Assembly: GCA_034530615.2 (NCBI GenBank)
Contig: JAVRCV020000006.1
Location: 32,001 to 96,000, forward strand
DNA length: 64,000 nucleotides
Direction of reading: 5' to 3'
From: Aulosira sp. ZfuVER01
GTDB lineage: Bacteria > Cyanobacteriota > Cyanobacteriia > Cyanobacteriales > Nostocaceae
Of this stretch, positions 54,062 through 64,000 are shown piece after piece (within the stretch, counting starts at the first letter, position 1; every line of letters starts with the position of its first letter). Below the pieces are notes generated by a model that saw only the letters and a program-made list of their open reading frames with translations, ran no database searches and was not told the DNA's origin. The position numbers and the translations under genes were made by a program.

Positions 54062-57000
54062 ATGAGCCAACGATTCTCATCTGAAAACCCCCAGACAAAT
54101 GCTGGAACGACAACTGGTGTGATTGAAAATAACCAGCCAGAAATCGCTCTGTGTGACAGCGCGGGATATTCGCAGCAGGCAATTGAGTATGCTCCTGTGG
54201 CGATCGCTATATTCGATCGGGAAATGCGCTATTTAAACGTAAGTCGCAAATGGTTAAAAGAATATCACCTCAGTGATGATATTATCGGACGCTCTCACTA
54301 TGAGATATTTCCTGACGTTACATCAGAGTGGAAAGAGATTCACCAACAGTGTTTAGCAGGAGCGATCGCAGAACGTACTGAAGACCCCTATCCCCGAGCA
54401 GATGGCTCTATCGTGTGGGTAAGCTGGTCTATACGTCCTTGGCATACCGCCAGTGATGAAATCGGCGGTATTACGTTGTTTAGCGAAAACATCACTCAAC
54501 GCAAGCAAACGGAGTTAGAGCTACAAGAACGTGAAGAACAATTCCGCTTAACTTTTGAACAAGCAGCCATAGGCATTTGTCATGTAAGTTTAGATGGACG
54601 TTGGCTGCTGGTGAATCAACGCTTGTGTGACATTGTCGGGTATGAGCGTGAGGAACTCTTAGCATTGACATTTCAAGATATTACTCATCCTGATGACTTG
54701 GAAACCGATTTAGATTATATCCAGCAGCTGCTTCAAGGTATAATTCCTCGCTACACAATGGAGAAGCGATATATCCATAAGAACGGTTCGCTCGTTTGGA
54801 TTAACCTCGACGTTTCCTTGCTGCGTCAACCTTCTGGAGAACCTGTATACTTTATTTCTACAATTCAAGATATTGGCGAGCGCAAACACGCCCAAATAGC
54901 ACTTCAACAAAGTGAAGAACGTTATCGTTCGCTGATTGCTGCAACTTCTCAAATCGTCTGGACAGCGGATTCTGAAGGGCGATCGCCAGATATACCGAGT
55001 ATGAGAGCTTACACCGGACAAACTCAATCAGAGGTAGTTAATCTTGGGTGGTTGAATGCAATTCATCCCGAAGATCGGGAAAAAACAACTCAGTCTTGGG
55101 TGCAGGCAGTTCAAGCTAGAAGCTTGTATGACGTAGAATATCGCATCCGAGGTATGGATGGCAGCTATCGCTATTTCCAAGGTCGAGGTGTTCCCATTCT
55201 CAATGAAGACAGCAGCATCCGGGAGTGGATAGGTACTTGCACCGACATCCACGATCGCAAACAAGCAGAACAAGCCCTCAAACAAAACAACACCTTGTTA
55301 CGCTCGATTTTAGAAAGTACACCAGATTTTATTGTCGTTAAAGATTCTCAAGGGCATTATGTTGCCCTCAATTCCAAGGCGGCGAACTTTTTGGGACAGT
55401 CAATTGAAAACATCCTTGGCAAGAACGATTTTGAAGTGTTTCCTTCGGAAGTTGCCCATGAAATCATCGCCAAAGACTATCAAATTTTCACAACAGGCAT
55501 TACTGAGACTTATGAGGAATATCTGTCTAATGGTGACACCAATGGCACATTTCTGACGACCAAAGCTCCTTGGCGGGATGCTCATGGCAACATCCTCGGC
55601 ATCATTGCTACAACCCGAAATATTAGCGATGTTTACGACGAACTTCGCTTACGCAAACAAGCTGAACAAGCCCTCAAAGACAACAACACACTGTTACGCT
55701 CGATTTTAGAAAGTACACCAGACTTTATTGTTGTGAAAGATCTTGAGGGGTGTCATGTTGCTCTTAACTCCAATTTTGCCAAATTATTTGGCAAGCCAAT
55801 TGAGGAAATTATCGGCAAAGATGATTTTGCATTCTTTCCACCTGAGATCGCCAGTAAATTCATTGCTAAAGACCGCCAGATTGTTACCACAGGCATGAGC
55901 GAGACTTATGAGGAAGATGTCAATAATGGTGAAGCTAGGGGAACCTTCTTAACTACAAAAGCTCCTTGGCGAGATGCTCAGGGTAACATTCTCGGTATGA
56001 TTGCTATCAGCAGAAATATTAGCGATCGCAAACAAGCAGAAATCGCCCTTGCCAAAGCCAAAGAAGCAGCAGAAGCAGCGAGTTATGCCAAAAGCGAATT
56101 CCTTGCTAACATGAGCCATGAATTGCGGACTCCCCTCAACGGTATCCTGGGGTATGCCCAAATTCTTCAGCGTTCCAAACATTTGCAAGACGAAGAGCGA
56201 TCGCGTATTGATGTAATTTACCAGTGCGGTTCTCATTTGTTGACCTTAATTAATGACATTTTAGATTTGTCGAAAATTGAGGCGCAGAAAGTAGAACTGA
56301 TGCCCAGTGATTTCCATTTCCCAGCATTTTTGCAAGGCGTAGCAGAAATGTGCCGCATCCGTGCCGAACTGAAAAATATTAACTTCCAATATCAATTAGC
56401 CTCAGAATTACCTATTGGCATTCGTGCTGATGAAAAACGCTTGCGGCAAGTATTGATCAACCTTTTGAGCAATGCAATCAAATTTACCGACACAGGCAGC
56501 GTCACCTTTACAATTAGCTATGCCAGTCAAGGCAAAATTCGCTTTGAAATCCGCGATACAGGTATCGGCATTCTCCAAGATAAACTTCAAGCTATTTTTC
56601 AACCCTTTGAGCAAGCAGGAGATAGCCGCCGCCAAACCGAGGGTACGGGGTTGGGATTGGCAATCAGCCAAAGAATTGTCGAATTGATGGGCAGCACCAT
56701 TCACGTTCAAAGTGAAATGGGAGTTGGTAGTATTTTCTGGTTTGATGCCAACTTACCCGAAGCTGATGAATGGGTAAAAACATCACAAGCTGACGATAAA
56801 GGGCAAATTATTGGTATCAAAGATTGGCGTCCTAAGGTTCTTGTTGTTGATGACAAATGGGCGAATCGTTCAGTCATTGCTAACTTGCTCAGTCCCATTG
56901 GCTTTGAGATCGCAGAAGCGTTCAATGGAGAAGAGGGTTGGCAGAAAATTGCGGAATTTCAACCAGATCTTGTCCTTACCGATTTGTTGATGCCAGAACT

Positions 57001-57445
57001 TGATGGATTTGGACTGATCAAGCGCATTCGTGAATCAGATACATTTAAAGATATTGCCATTATTGTTTCTTCTGCAAGTGTGTTTGAAACCGATCAACAT
57101 CGCAGCTTGGAAGTTGGCGGAAATGATTTCCTCCCCAAACCCATACAAGCAATAGATCTCTTTCAGAAATTGCGGAAATATCTTCATCTAGAGTGGCTTT
57201 ATGAAGAACAGAAAATTACCAGCCAGCCAGAGCAAGAAAATACAAAGTTAGTTGCTCCATCGTCAGCAGAATTGGCAACTCTGTATGAGTTAGTTATGAA
57301 AGGTAACTTCAAAGGAATTATTAAACAGGCAGCATTGCTTGCAGAAATGGATGAAAAATACATTCCCTTTGCAAATAAGCTGCACCAACTGGCAAAAGGA
57401 TTTCAAGACCAAGACATTCTTGCACTTATTCAATCTTACAAATAA
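54062..57445 (+). CDS. Hybrid histidine kinase with five PAS domains and a receiver
   Basis: Five PAS/PAC units, FLANMSHELRTPLN, NAIKFT, GTGLGL and receiver VVDD...DLLMP...KP. Confidence 0.93.
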   Translation: MSQRFSSENPQTNAGTTTGVIENNQPEIALCDSAGYSQQAIEYAPVAIAIFDREMRYLNVSRKWLKEYHLSDDIIGRSHYEIFPDVTSEWKEIHQQCLAGAIAERTEDPYPRADGSIVWVSWSIRPWHTASDEIGGITLFSENITQRKQTELELQEREEQFRLTFEQAAIGICHVSLDGRWLLVNQRLCDIVGYEREELLALTFQDITHPDDLETDLDYIQQLLQGIIPRYTMEKRYIHKNGSLVWINLDVSLLRQPSGEPVYFISTIQDIGERKHAQIALQQSEERYRSLIAATSQIVWTADSEGRSPDIPSMRAYTGQTQSEVVNLGWLNAIHPEDREKTTQSWVQAVQARSLYDVEYRIRGMDGSYRYFQGRGVPILNEDSSIREWIGTCTDIHDRKQAEQALKQNNTLLRSILESTPDFIVVKDSQGHYVALNSKAANFLGQSIENILGKNDFEVFPSEVAHEIIAKDYQIFTTGITETYEEYLSNGDTNGTFLTTKAPWRDAHGNILGIIATTRNISDVYDELRLRKQAEQALKDNNTLLRSILESTPDFIVVKDLEGCHVALNSNFAKLFGKPIEEIIGKDDFAFFPPEIASKFIAKDRQIVTTGMSETYEEDVNNGEARGTFLTTKAPWRDAQGNILGMIAISRNISDRKQAEIALAKAKEAAEAASYAKSEFLANMSHELRTPLNGILGYAQILQRSKHLQDEERSRIDVIYQCGSHLLTLINDILDLSKIEAQKVELMPSDFHFPAFLQGVAEMCRIRAELKNINFQYQLASELPIGIRADEKRLRQVLINLLSNAIKFTDTGSVTFTISYASQGKIRFEIRDTGIGILQDKLQAIFQPFEQAGDSRRQTEGTGLGLAISQRIVELMGSTIHVQSEMGVGSIFWFDANLPEADEWVKTSQADDKGQIIGIKDWRPKVLVVDDKWANRSVIANLLSPIGFEIAEAFNGEEGWQKIAEFQPDLVLTDLLMPELDGFGLIKRIRESDTFKDIAIIVSSASVFETDQHRSLEVGGNDFLPKPIQAIDLFQKLRKYLHLEWLYEEQKITSQPEQENTKLVAPSSAELATLYELVMKGNFKGIIKQAALLAEMDEKYIPFANKLHQLAKGFQDQDILALIQSYK
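55626..55654 (+). mobile_element. 21-nt SDR5-like element inserted in a HIP1 site inside the kinase CDS
   Basis: GCGAT[GTTTACGACGAACTTCGCTTA]CGC; the paralogous PAS repeat keeps an intact GCGATCGC at 56022-56029. Confidence 0.75.
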
Positions 57446-57450
57446 AAGCT

Positions 57451-58779
57451 ATGAATCTCGTAACTGAACAAACTGCAACAGTTCTGATTGTTGATGATAA
57501 TCCTGCCAATTTAGGCGTCTTATCTGATGCCCTCGATCAAGCTGGCTTAGAAGTGTGGGTAGCAAAATCTGGGAAGGTAGCTTTAGAAAGAGTTATGTAT
57601 GCTCTACCAGATTTAATTTTGTTGGATGTGATGATGCCAGAGATGGATGGGTTTGAAACTTGTCGTCAATTAAAAGCTAATTTAGCAACCAAAGAGATTC
57701 CGGTCATCTTTATGACTGCACTTTCTGATACTGCCAACAAAGTTGAAGGTTTTGAAGTTGGCGCTGTAGACTATATCACCAAACCCTTCCAACAAGAAGA
57801 AGTTTTATCACGGATTAAATTGCACTTAAAAATGCATGATTTAGCTCAAAAATTAGAGCATAAAAATACCCTGTTGGAGCAGAAAGTTGCAGAAGTCAGC
57901 CTTGCATATAACGACCTGCAACAAATGCAAATTAAGCTGATTCAAAGTGAGAAACTATCTAGTTTAGGACAGATGGTAGCAGGAATCGCTCATGAAATTA
58001 ACAACCCTGTTAATTTTATTTATGGTAATCTCAGTCATGCCAATGAATATACTCAGGAAGTGCTGAATATTCTACGCCTTTATCAACAAGAATATCCCAA
58101 TCCTACACCACGTATTCAAACAGAACTGGAAACCACAGATTTAGAATTTATCGAAGATGACTTATTAAAACTAATCAACTCAATGAATATCGGCGCAAAA
58201 CGTATTCGGGAAATCGTGCAATCTATGCGGATTTTTTCTCGGATAGATGATATGAACATGAAACCGATGAATATCCATGAGGGTATTGATAGTACACTGA
58301 CAATTTTGAATTACCGCTTAAAAGCAAGACCAGAGCATCCTGGTATCGAAGTAGTTAAAGAATACGATGAATTGCCATTAATTGAGTGTTGTGCTGGACA
58401 AATTAATCAGGTATTTATGAATGTACTCGCTAATGCCATTGATGCATTGGATGAATACAATCAACAGCGTTCATTTGAAGAGATTCAAAAGCAACCAAGT
58501 CGCATTAAGATTCGTACCGCAACGATTGGGGATGATTGGGTCGGTATTTACATTAGTGATAATGGCCCGGGAATTTGTGAAGATGTCAAATCCAAGTTGT
58601 TTAATCCCTTCTTTACAACTAAACCTTCTGGAAAAGGAACTGGATTAGGATTATCTATCAGTCACCAGATTATTACAGAAAAGCATGGCGGTAGTCTCTC
58701 CTGTCAATCCATACCCGGAAAGGAAACAGAATTTGTAATTAAAATTCCAGTGCAACAGCGAATTCCTCAAGTTGCTTAA
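57451..58779 (+). CDS. Receiver-histidine kinase (REC-HisKA-HATPase)
   Basis: LIVDD, LLDVMMP, TKPF; AHEINNP, NAIDA and GTGLGL motifs; 5 nt after the previous kinase. Confidence 0.93.
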   Translation: MNLVTEQTATVLIVDDNPANLGVLSDALDQAGLEVWVAKSGKVALERVMYALPDLILLDVMMPEMDGFETCRQLKANLATKEIPVIFMTALSDTANKVEGFEVGAVDYITKPFQQEEVLSRIKLHLKMHDLAQKLEHKNTLLEQKVAEVSLAYNDLQQMQIKLIQSEKLSSLGQMVAGIAHEINNPVNFIYGNLSHANEYTQEVLNILRLYQQEYPNPTPRIQTELETTDLEFIEDDLLKLINSMNIGAKRIREIVQSMRIFSRIDDMNMKPMNIHEGIDSTLTILNYRLKARPEHPGIEVVKEYDELPLIECCAGQINQVFMNVLANAIDALDEYNQQRSFEEIQKQPSRIKIRTATIGDDWVGIYISDNGPGICEDVKSKLFNPFFTTKPSGKGTGLGLSISHQIITEKHGGSLSCQSIPGKETEFVIKIPVQQRIPQVA

Positions 58780-58801
58780 GTTGTCATTTGTCCTCTCTTA
58801 C

Positions 58802-58836
58802 AAAGTCTGAGCAAAGAAAACTTCTGCTCAGACTTT
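58802..58836 (+). terminator. Hairpin/terminator after the kinase pair
   Basis: AAAGTCTGAGCA...TGCTCAGACTTT. Confidence 0.7.
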
Positions 58837-59052
58837 ACGCTTTGTCATTTTATTATTTCCCCGCGTCTTTACGTCTCCCTTTCTCCGCATCCCCTTGTTC
58901 CCCTGCAAAAACAGCGATGGATATTTTTTTATTTGCAAGTCCCTATTATCTCGACAGATAATAATCTTGAAATTTCAAGAAAAAACTTGAGCTAAACATT
59001 TATCAGATGCTACCGTCTACAGGTGATATTGGATTTGAAGGAATTCACCAAA

Positions 59053-61086
59053 ATGAAGTGTAGGCAAAAAGTAGCTCGTGGACAAAAATCGCTGCTAAGT
59101 TTCAGCTTAATTTTTACTTTTCTTGCACCTTATTCTGCTATTAGCGCTGCACTGCCAAGAAACCCAGACAAAACTGTAAATTGCGAGATTTTAGTTGTGG
59201 GTGGTGGACTCTCTGGTGCAGCCACAGCTTATGAGGGTTTGCTAGCGGGACGAACTGTATGTTTAACAGAAATTACCGATTGGCTAGGGGGACAAATTTC
59301 TGCTCAAGGAACATCTGCATTAGACGAACGCCCAACCCAGCGGGCGCGCCAATTCTATTCTCGCGGTTACTTGGAACTGCGCGATCGCATTCAGCGCAAG
59401 TACGGTAAACTTAACCCTGGTGACTGCTGGGTAAGTGACTCTTGTTTTCTTCCCCGTGATGCCCACAACATTTTGACTCAGATGCTCAAAGATGCTGAGA
59501 AAAAGGGCAAAGGCAAGTTGCAATGGTTTGCGAATACAGCGATCAAGGATCTAGAAATTAGTAGTGATGGCAAAATCATTAATAGTGCGATCGCTATTCA
59601 ACATCAACCAGCAAAAGGCGCACCAGCCCTCAATACTTATCCTTTATCTCAAACCATTGAAGATGCCTATACATACGGCAACTCATCACGGTTTAACAAA
59701 ACTATTATCCGCTTCGTACCTAAGCAAAATTCCAAAACCGCCTCAAATTGGTATGTTGTAGACGCTAGCGAAACCGGAGAAATAATTGCCCTAGCTGATG
59801 TTCCCTACCGATTAGGTATTGATGCTCGTTCTTACCTAGAACCTTCTGCTTCTAGCCCCCAAAACGACCCCTATTGTCCTCAAGGTTTTACCTATACTTT
59901 TGCAATGGAGGCTACCAAGGAAGCACAACTCCAAACAATGCCTCCCTATTATCCTCAATACGCCCCATATTTCAGCTATGAATTGCAACGCTTGGCAAAC
60001 TTTGACTTAGTTTTCACCTACCGTCGTATATGGAGTCCCAAAAAAGGACAACCAGCAAAATTCGGGGGTGTCAATTTTACTGCTTCCACGCCTGGGGATA
60101 TCTCCATGCAGAACTGGACTTGGGGTAATGACTACCGTCCCGGAACTGCTGCCGATAATTTAATTTATACTCGCCAACAGTTAGCAAGTACTGGACAGTT
60201 GCAGCCGGGTGGCTGGATGGGGGGATTGAGAACAGACAGCCTGCGTAAAGCTGAAGAAAATGCTCTCTCTTATTACTATTGGCTAGCTGCCGGGACAACA
60301 GATTCTCAACTAGGGAACGGTGTTAAGCAACCGCAACCAAACAACCGCTTGTTAACAGGTTTAAATTCCCCAATGGGGACAGTGTCTGGACTGTCGAAAT
60401 ATCCTTATATGCGAGAAGGACGGAGGATTATTGGCCGTCCCAGTTGGGGACAACCCTCTGGCTTTGGCATCTGGGAAATTGATATTTCTCGCCGCAACTA
60501 CAATGATGAATATTACCGCAAAACCCTGCCCGCAGATATGTATAAGCAATTAAGAGCAGCACTCGCCGGTTTAGAGGCAACATCGGTAATTTCGGGGCAA
60601 ATTTCACCAGATAAAGCAATGCGGCGGACTCGTTCTACCGTTTTCCCTGACTCTATAGGTATCGGTCACTACGCTATCGACTTCCATCCCTGTATGACGA
60701 AAAGCCCTCCAGAAACACCTGGTAATACAGAACGTGCTGGTGAAAGACGCGGTGCAGGTCAAGCTTATCCCTTCCAAATCGCACTCAGGGCAATGATTCC
60801 TCAGAAAATTGACAATTTAATAGTCGGTGGTAAAAGTATTGCTACTAGTCATATTGCTGCTGCTGCCTATCGAGTACACTCTTTTGAATGGTCTGCTGGT
60901 GCGGCTGCGGGAACAGTTGCAGCTTTTGCTATCAAAAATGCTGTAGCACCCTATCAACTGGTGGATGACTTACCCAAATACGAACCGCAACTACAAGCAC
61001 TCAAACGGCTTTTGGAACAAAACGGCAATCCTACGGCTTTTCCTGATACTTCGATTTTTAACCAAAATTGGGAAGATTGGAAATAG
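59053..61086 (+). CDS. Exported FAD-dependent oxidoreductase
   Basis: Signal peptide; VVGGGLSG, WLGGQ, DASETGE, YMREGRRI and SHIAAAAYRV motifs. Confidence 0.85.
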   Translation: MKCRQKVARGQKSLLSFSLIFTFLAPYSAISAALPRNPDKTVNCEILVVGGGLSGAATAYEGLLAGRTVCLTEITDWLGGQISAQGTSALDERPTQRARQFYSRGYLELRDRIQRKYGKLNPGDCWVSDSCFLPRDAHNILTQMLKDAEKKGKGKLQWFANTAIKDLEISSDGKIINSAIAIQHQPAKGAPALNTYPLSQTIEDAYTYGNSSRFNKTIIRFVPKQNSKTASNWYVVDASETGEIIALADVPYRLGIDARSYLEPSASSPQNDPYCPQGFTYTFAMEATKEAQLQTMPPYYPQYAPYFSYELQRLANFDLVFTYRRIWSPKKGQPAKFGGVNFTASTPGDISMQNWTWGNDYRPGTAADNLIYTRQQLASTGQLQPGGWMGGLRTDSLRKAEENALSYYYWLAAGTTDSQLGNGVKQPQPNNRLLTGLNSPMGTVSGLSKYPYMREGRRIIGRPSWGQPSGFGIWEIDISRRNYNDEYYRKTLPADMYKQLRAALAGLEATSVISGQISPDKAMRRTRSTVFPDSIGIGHYAIDFHPCMTKSPPETPGNTERAGERRGAGQAYPFQIALRAMIPQKIDNLIVGGKSIATSHIAAAAYRVHSFEWSAGAAAGTVAAFAIKNAVAPYQLVDDLPKYEPQLQALKRLLEQNGNPTAFPDTSIFNQNWEDWK

Positions 61087-61103
61087 AACGTGAATTTTTA
61101 GAC

Positions 61104-61135
61104 CTATACAAACAAAGTCCGCTTAGGCGGACTTT
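61104..61135. repeat. Dispersed palindromic repeat / terminator
   Basis: CTATACAAAC-AAAGTCCGC-ttag-GCGGACTTT; a degenerate relative occurs at ~46841-46875. Confidence 0.6.
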
Positions 61136-61195
61136 GGTCAAAGGGGTATTTAGAAATTATGCAAAACTCACACAGCAAAGAATGTGGATTTATCA

Positions 61196-61465
61196 TTATT
61201 GATCTTGGTCATGGTGCGGATTTGCTGGGGTTTCTACTTGTAAAGTATTCCCCTGTTTTTTAACTGAAAAGTCAGATTCATTTTTGCTAGTTTGAGCCAA
61301 ACCAGCCGCCCCAGCAATTGCAGTTCCTGCAAGACCAAAACCAGCAGACCATTTTGCATCATTGGCATTGGGTGAAACTAAAACAGCAACACCAATTACA
61401 GCTCCGATACCAGCCATAAACAGAGGGGTGATAGCTCGAATAAAATCTGGGGTAAGAAATTTCAT
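61196..61465 (-). CDS. Small Gly/Ala-rich membrane protein
   Basis: Two hydrophobic segments in 89 aa; ATG start. Confidence 0.7.
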   Translation of the reverse strand: MKFLTPDFIRAITPLFMAGIGAVIGVAVLVSPNANDAKWSAGFGLAGTAIAGAAGLAQTSKNESDFSVKKQGNTLQVETPANPHHDQDQ

Positions 61466-61741
61466 AGAAGTTCAATTATAGGTTTGATTTTTATCTAGAG
61501 TTAAATACGCACTAGCAGATTTCAATTCCAGAATGTTCTGATATTTTTACTGAAAAGATGTTTCTCTATGGAAACAAGCCACAACAGCCTCAAGCTGGCA
61601 TCACGCGGAAAATTGGCGCGATCGCTTGCTATACTTCCTCGTTAATAGTACAATTGTACTTACAAGAGATTGCTTTCAGTATCATTTCCCCACTACCCCA
61701 GTGGGGCTTTTGTTTCCAGTAGGTAATCGAACAGATATTGA

Positions 61742-62932
61742 CTAACTTTCACCTGATGCTAACTTTTGCAGCCATCTCTGAGCTTCTGCATAAAACTTGA
61801 ATCGGCTTTCATCAGCACGAAACTCTGGAGTATGAACCATTCTTCTGCCATTTACCCACTTCGTGCCGTGGTATTTATGCAGTAATTCATGAAATAACAC
61901 AAACTCGCTAACAAACTCAGGTATCTTGGCATTATCTAGAGTCAAACTCATCACTACTCTATCTCTAGCTGGCTCATAATGTCCGAATTTACGGTAAGTA
62001 TTAATTTTGCTCCATGCAAGGCGAGGTTTAGCAAGATTTGCAGCAAAATATTCTTGGTTCAGTTTGTCAAATAAATCATCCAAGTTATAAAACTGACCTT
62101 GTGGGTTTTCTGAGATGACTTCAGCAATCAAATCAAGCATCAGCAGTATGTTGCTGTATTCTTCAGAACTGGCAAAGGAACGAATTAGTCGTGAATTATC
62201 TTGATTTTTACTAACAAGAACAGATTTGACTAATGCTTGTAAAACTTCATCTGGCGCATTGATAAACCCTTCACTTATGGAAATATGGGCAAAGGTGCTA
62301 GACTTTTTACCTTTATATAATCCTGCTAAATTAGTTAATTCAATCGTGAGTTTGAGTGAAGTTTGTTGATTTTTGTGGAGGATTTCTTGAGCGATTTGTC
62401 GTACTCTATAAGTACTTGTCATGTGAAGTTGTAAGTTTTGCTCATCTGTTAAAAACTTCATCCAAGAGTAGATTTGACGGGATGTACGAGTTAGGTTTGC
62501 TGGTGTGATTTGTTGGTTAGAACATATTTTTTCTATTGCTATGACTGTTTTGATTAAACTTTGATTTAGTTGTTCTATACCAGCAGAGTTTGGATTTGCA
62601 TTAGAAGCAAAATTAAAAATTTTTTCTAAAATATTATTTTGTTGTGCTTTGATATTTTTAATGCTGATACTCTCAATCTGTGTTTGGGTAGCTTGGTTTG
62701 AAGCGATGGGTAAATTATCCAAGTCAATACTTTTGAGAAAATAATAAGCTTCACGAGAGCGTCTTGGTAAATGATGCGGGTTAGTTTTGGCTTCAGCACA
62801 TAATCTCTCAATAGTTGCAACTGAAGTTGTAATAAATTGTTTAAATTCAGCAACCTTATGGGTTGATAACCCATTCCGCAAGTCATCTTGTACTGTTTGA
62901 GCAGTTTTTAAAATACCGCGAATTTTGATCAT
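61742..62932 (-). CDS. SprT/YgjP-like zinc metallopeptidase domain protein
   Basis: C-terminal LFDKLNQEYF...W...GHY...FVLFHELLH...H..EF (HExxH plus third His). Confidence 0.8.
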   Translation of the reverse strand: MIKIRGILKTAQTVQDDLRNGLSTHKVAEFKQFITTSVATIERLCAEAKTNPHHLPRRSREAYYFLKSIDLDNLPIASNQATQTQIESISIKNIKAQQNNILEKIFNFASNANPNSAGIEQLNQSLIKTVIAIEKICSNQQITPANLTRTSRQIYSWMKFLTDEQNLQLHMTSTYRVRQIAQEILHKNQQTSLKLTIELTNLAGLYKGKKSSTFAHISISEGFINAPDEVLQALVKSVLVSKNQDNSRLIRSFASSEEYSNILLMLDLIAEVISENPQGQFYNLDDLFDKLNQEYFAANLAKPRLAWSKINTYRKFGHYEPARDRVVMSLTLDNAKIPEFVSEFVLFHELLHKYHGTKWVNGRRMVHTPEFRADESRFKFYAEAQRWLQKLASGES

Positions 62933-63168
62933 GCTGTTTTCCGTTTTTATACTGGCACAGTGTGCTGTACTGTGCTTGGTTCATCAGTCAAGCTAAAAGT
63001 TTGTAGGCGATCGCAGTTTTATGTTGCTTATGCTGCAATTTATAGCAAAATTGACCTCTTTGCCTCAATAGTAGCAATAGCAAAATGCTCGAAATGCCTG
63101 ATTACCTTTTCATTTGAGAAATTTACGCATTTATAACCGTATAAATTGATGCTTTCAATTCGGGATAA

Positions 63169-64000
63169 CTATTTAACAACAGGTAATTGAACGCTCACAA
63201 TAGTCCCTGTTAATTGCTGAGACTGAATAGATAACTTTCCACCATGAGCATTGACAATGCGTTTGGTAATAGCAAGCCCTAATCCAGTACCTTCAGGTTT
63301 TGTAGAGAAGAATGGTTGAGAAAGCTTGCAGAGGATTTCTGGTGGAATTGGATTACCCCCATTACGTATATTAATGTAAACTTCATCTTCTAGAGAAGTA
63401 TCTACTTCCCACTTAATAACATCTCCATCTCCAACCGCCTCACAAGCATTGCGGACTATGTTAATAAAAACTTGTTTAAGTTTATCCTTGTCCCCGGCAA
63501 TTTTTACCGTTGATAATGCTGATATAAATTCTATTTTCCGTTCTAGCGCTTCTGGCATTTCGCGGATTATTAGCAGCAACTCACTAATGAATTCATTTAC
63601 ATCTAATTGAGAAAGTTGTAATACCTGGGGCTTGGCATAGAGTAAAATTTCACTTAATAACCGTTCTAGACGACTAGCTTCGCTCAGTGCTAACCCTAAT
63701 CTCTCTTGAGCAGCTTCAGTCAGAATAGTTTTTTGAAAATATTTCAATCCCATAATCATGGTAGTTAAGGGATTACGAATTTCATGCACAATTATGGAAG
63801 AAAATTCTCCAATAGCTGCCAATCTTTCCTGCTCTACAAGTTTAGCTTGGGCTGCTCGTAATTCTGCTGTGCGTTTTTCTACTTCAGCTTCTAGTATTTG
63901 ATTAAATTGACACTGTTGCTGATAGAGATGATAGTGATCAATTGCTGTAGCTGCACGTTCAGCAAACAGTTCTACAATTTGAATTTCATCAGTATTAAAT
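63169..64000 (-). CDS. GAF-domain sensor histidine kinase (3' part; 5' end beyond the window)
   Basis: Frame open to the window edge: FNTDEIQIVELFAERAATAIDH (GAF end), coiled coil, VHEIRNPL, NACEA and GTGLGL. Confidence 0.9.
   Translation of the reverse strand, partial: FNTDEIQIVELFAERAATAIDHYHLYQQQCQFNQILEAEVEKRTAELRAAQAKLVEQERLAAIGEFSSIIVHEIRNPLTTMIMGLKYFQKTILTEAAQERLGLALSEASRLERLLSEILLYAKPQVLQLSQLDVNEFISELLLIIREMPEALERKIEFISALSTVKIAGDKDKLKQVFINIVRNACEAVGDGDVIKWEVDTSLEDEVYINIRNGGNPIPPEILCKLSQPFFSTKPEGTGLGLAITKRIVNAHGGKLSIQSQQLTGTIVSVQLPVVK

Overview
Chromosomal window from a filamentous cyanobacterium, most likely Nostocales: it has frequent HIP1 GCGATCGC sites, heptamer STRR repeats, NtrC and a Nostoc-type pilA-ogtA pair. 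Most of the window is housekeeping and signalling: murG (partial), thiC with a TPP riboswitch, PAS kinases, a PP2C phosphatase, an FHA-Ser/Thr kinase, ntrC, cysK, an EF-G paralogue, chrA and rsgA. The main feature is at 13.0-31.9 kb. A complete pseudaminic-acid operon (pseB, pseC, SpsF-type cytidylyltransferase, pseA-like amidotransferase with hisH/hisF paralogues, fused pseG-pseH, pseI) is followed by a ~2180-aa multi-module glycosyltransferase (KpsS-like, GT4, GT2 and GT41/HMW1C-like domains). This block converges on the type IV pilin gene and its OGT-like partner. I infer a candidate pilin/protein glycan 'assembly line' capped with acetamidino-pseudaminic acid in a non-flagellated organism. 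A second variable region (41.4-50.1 kb) holds a DUF433/PIN toxin-antitoxin pair, an NTPase + orphan gene + near-identical-TPR module, a 21-bp tandem array and a K+ channel gene split by one in-frame stop. Smaller signals are a tandem pair of candidate ~55-60 nt sRNAs, a 21-nt element inserted in frame into a HIP1 site of a kinase gene, and an unannotated 32-aa ORF. All calls come from reading motifs by eye; no searches were run.
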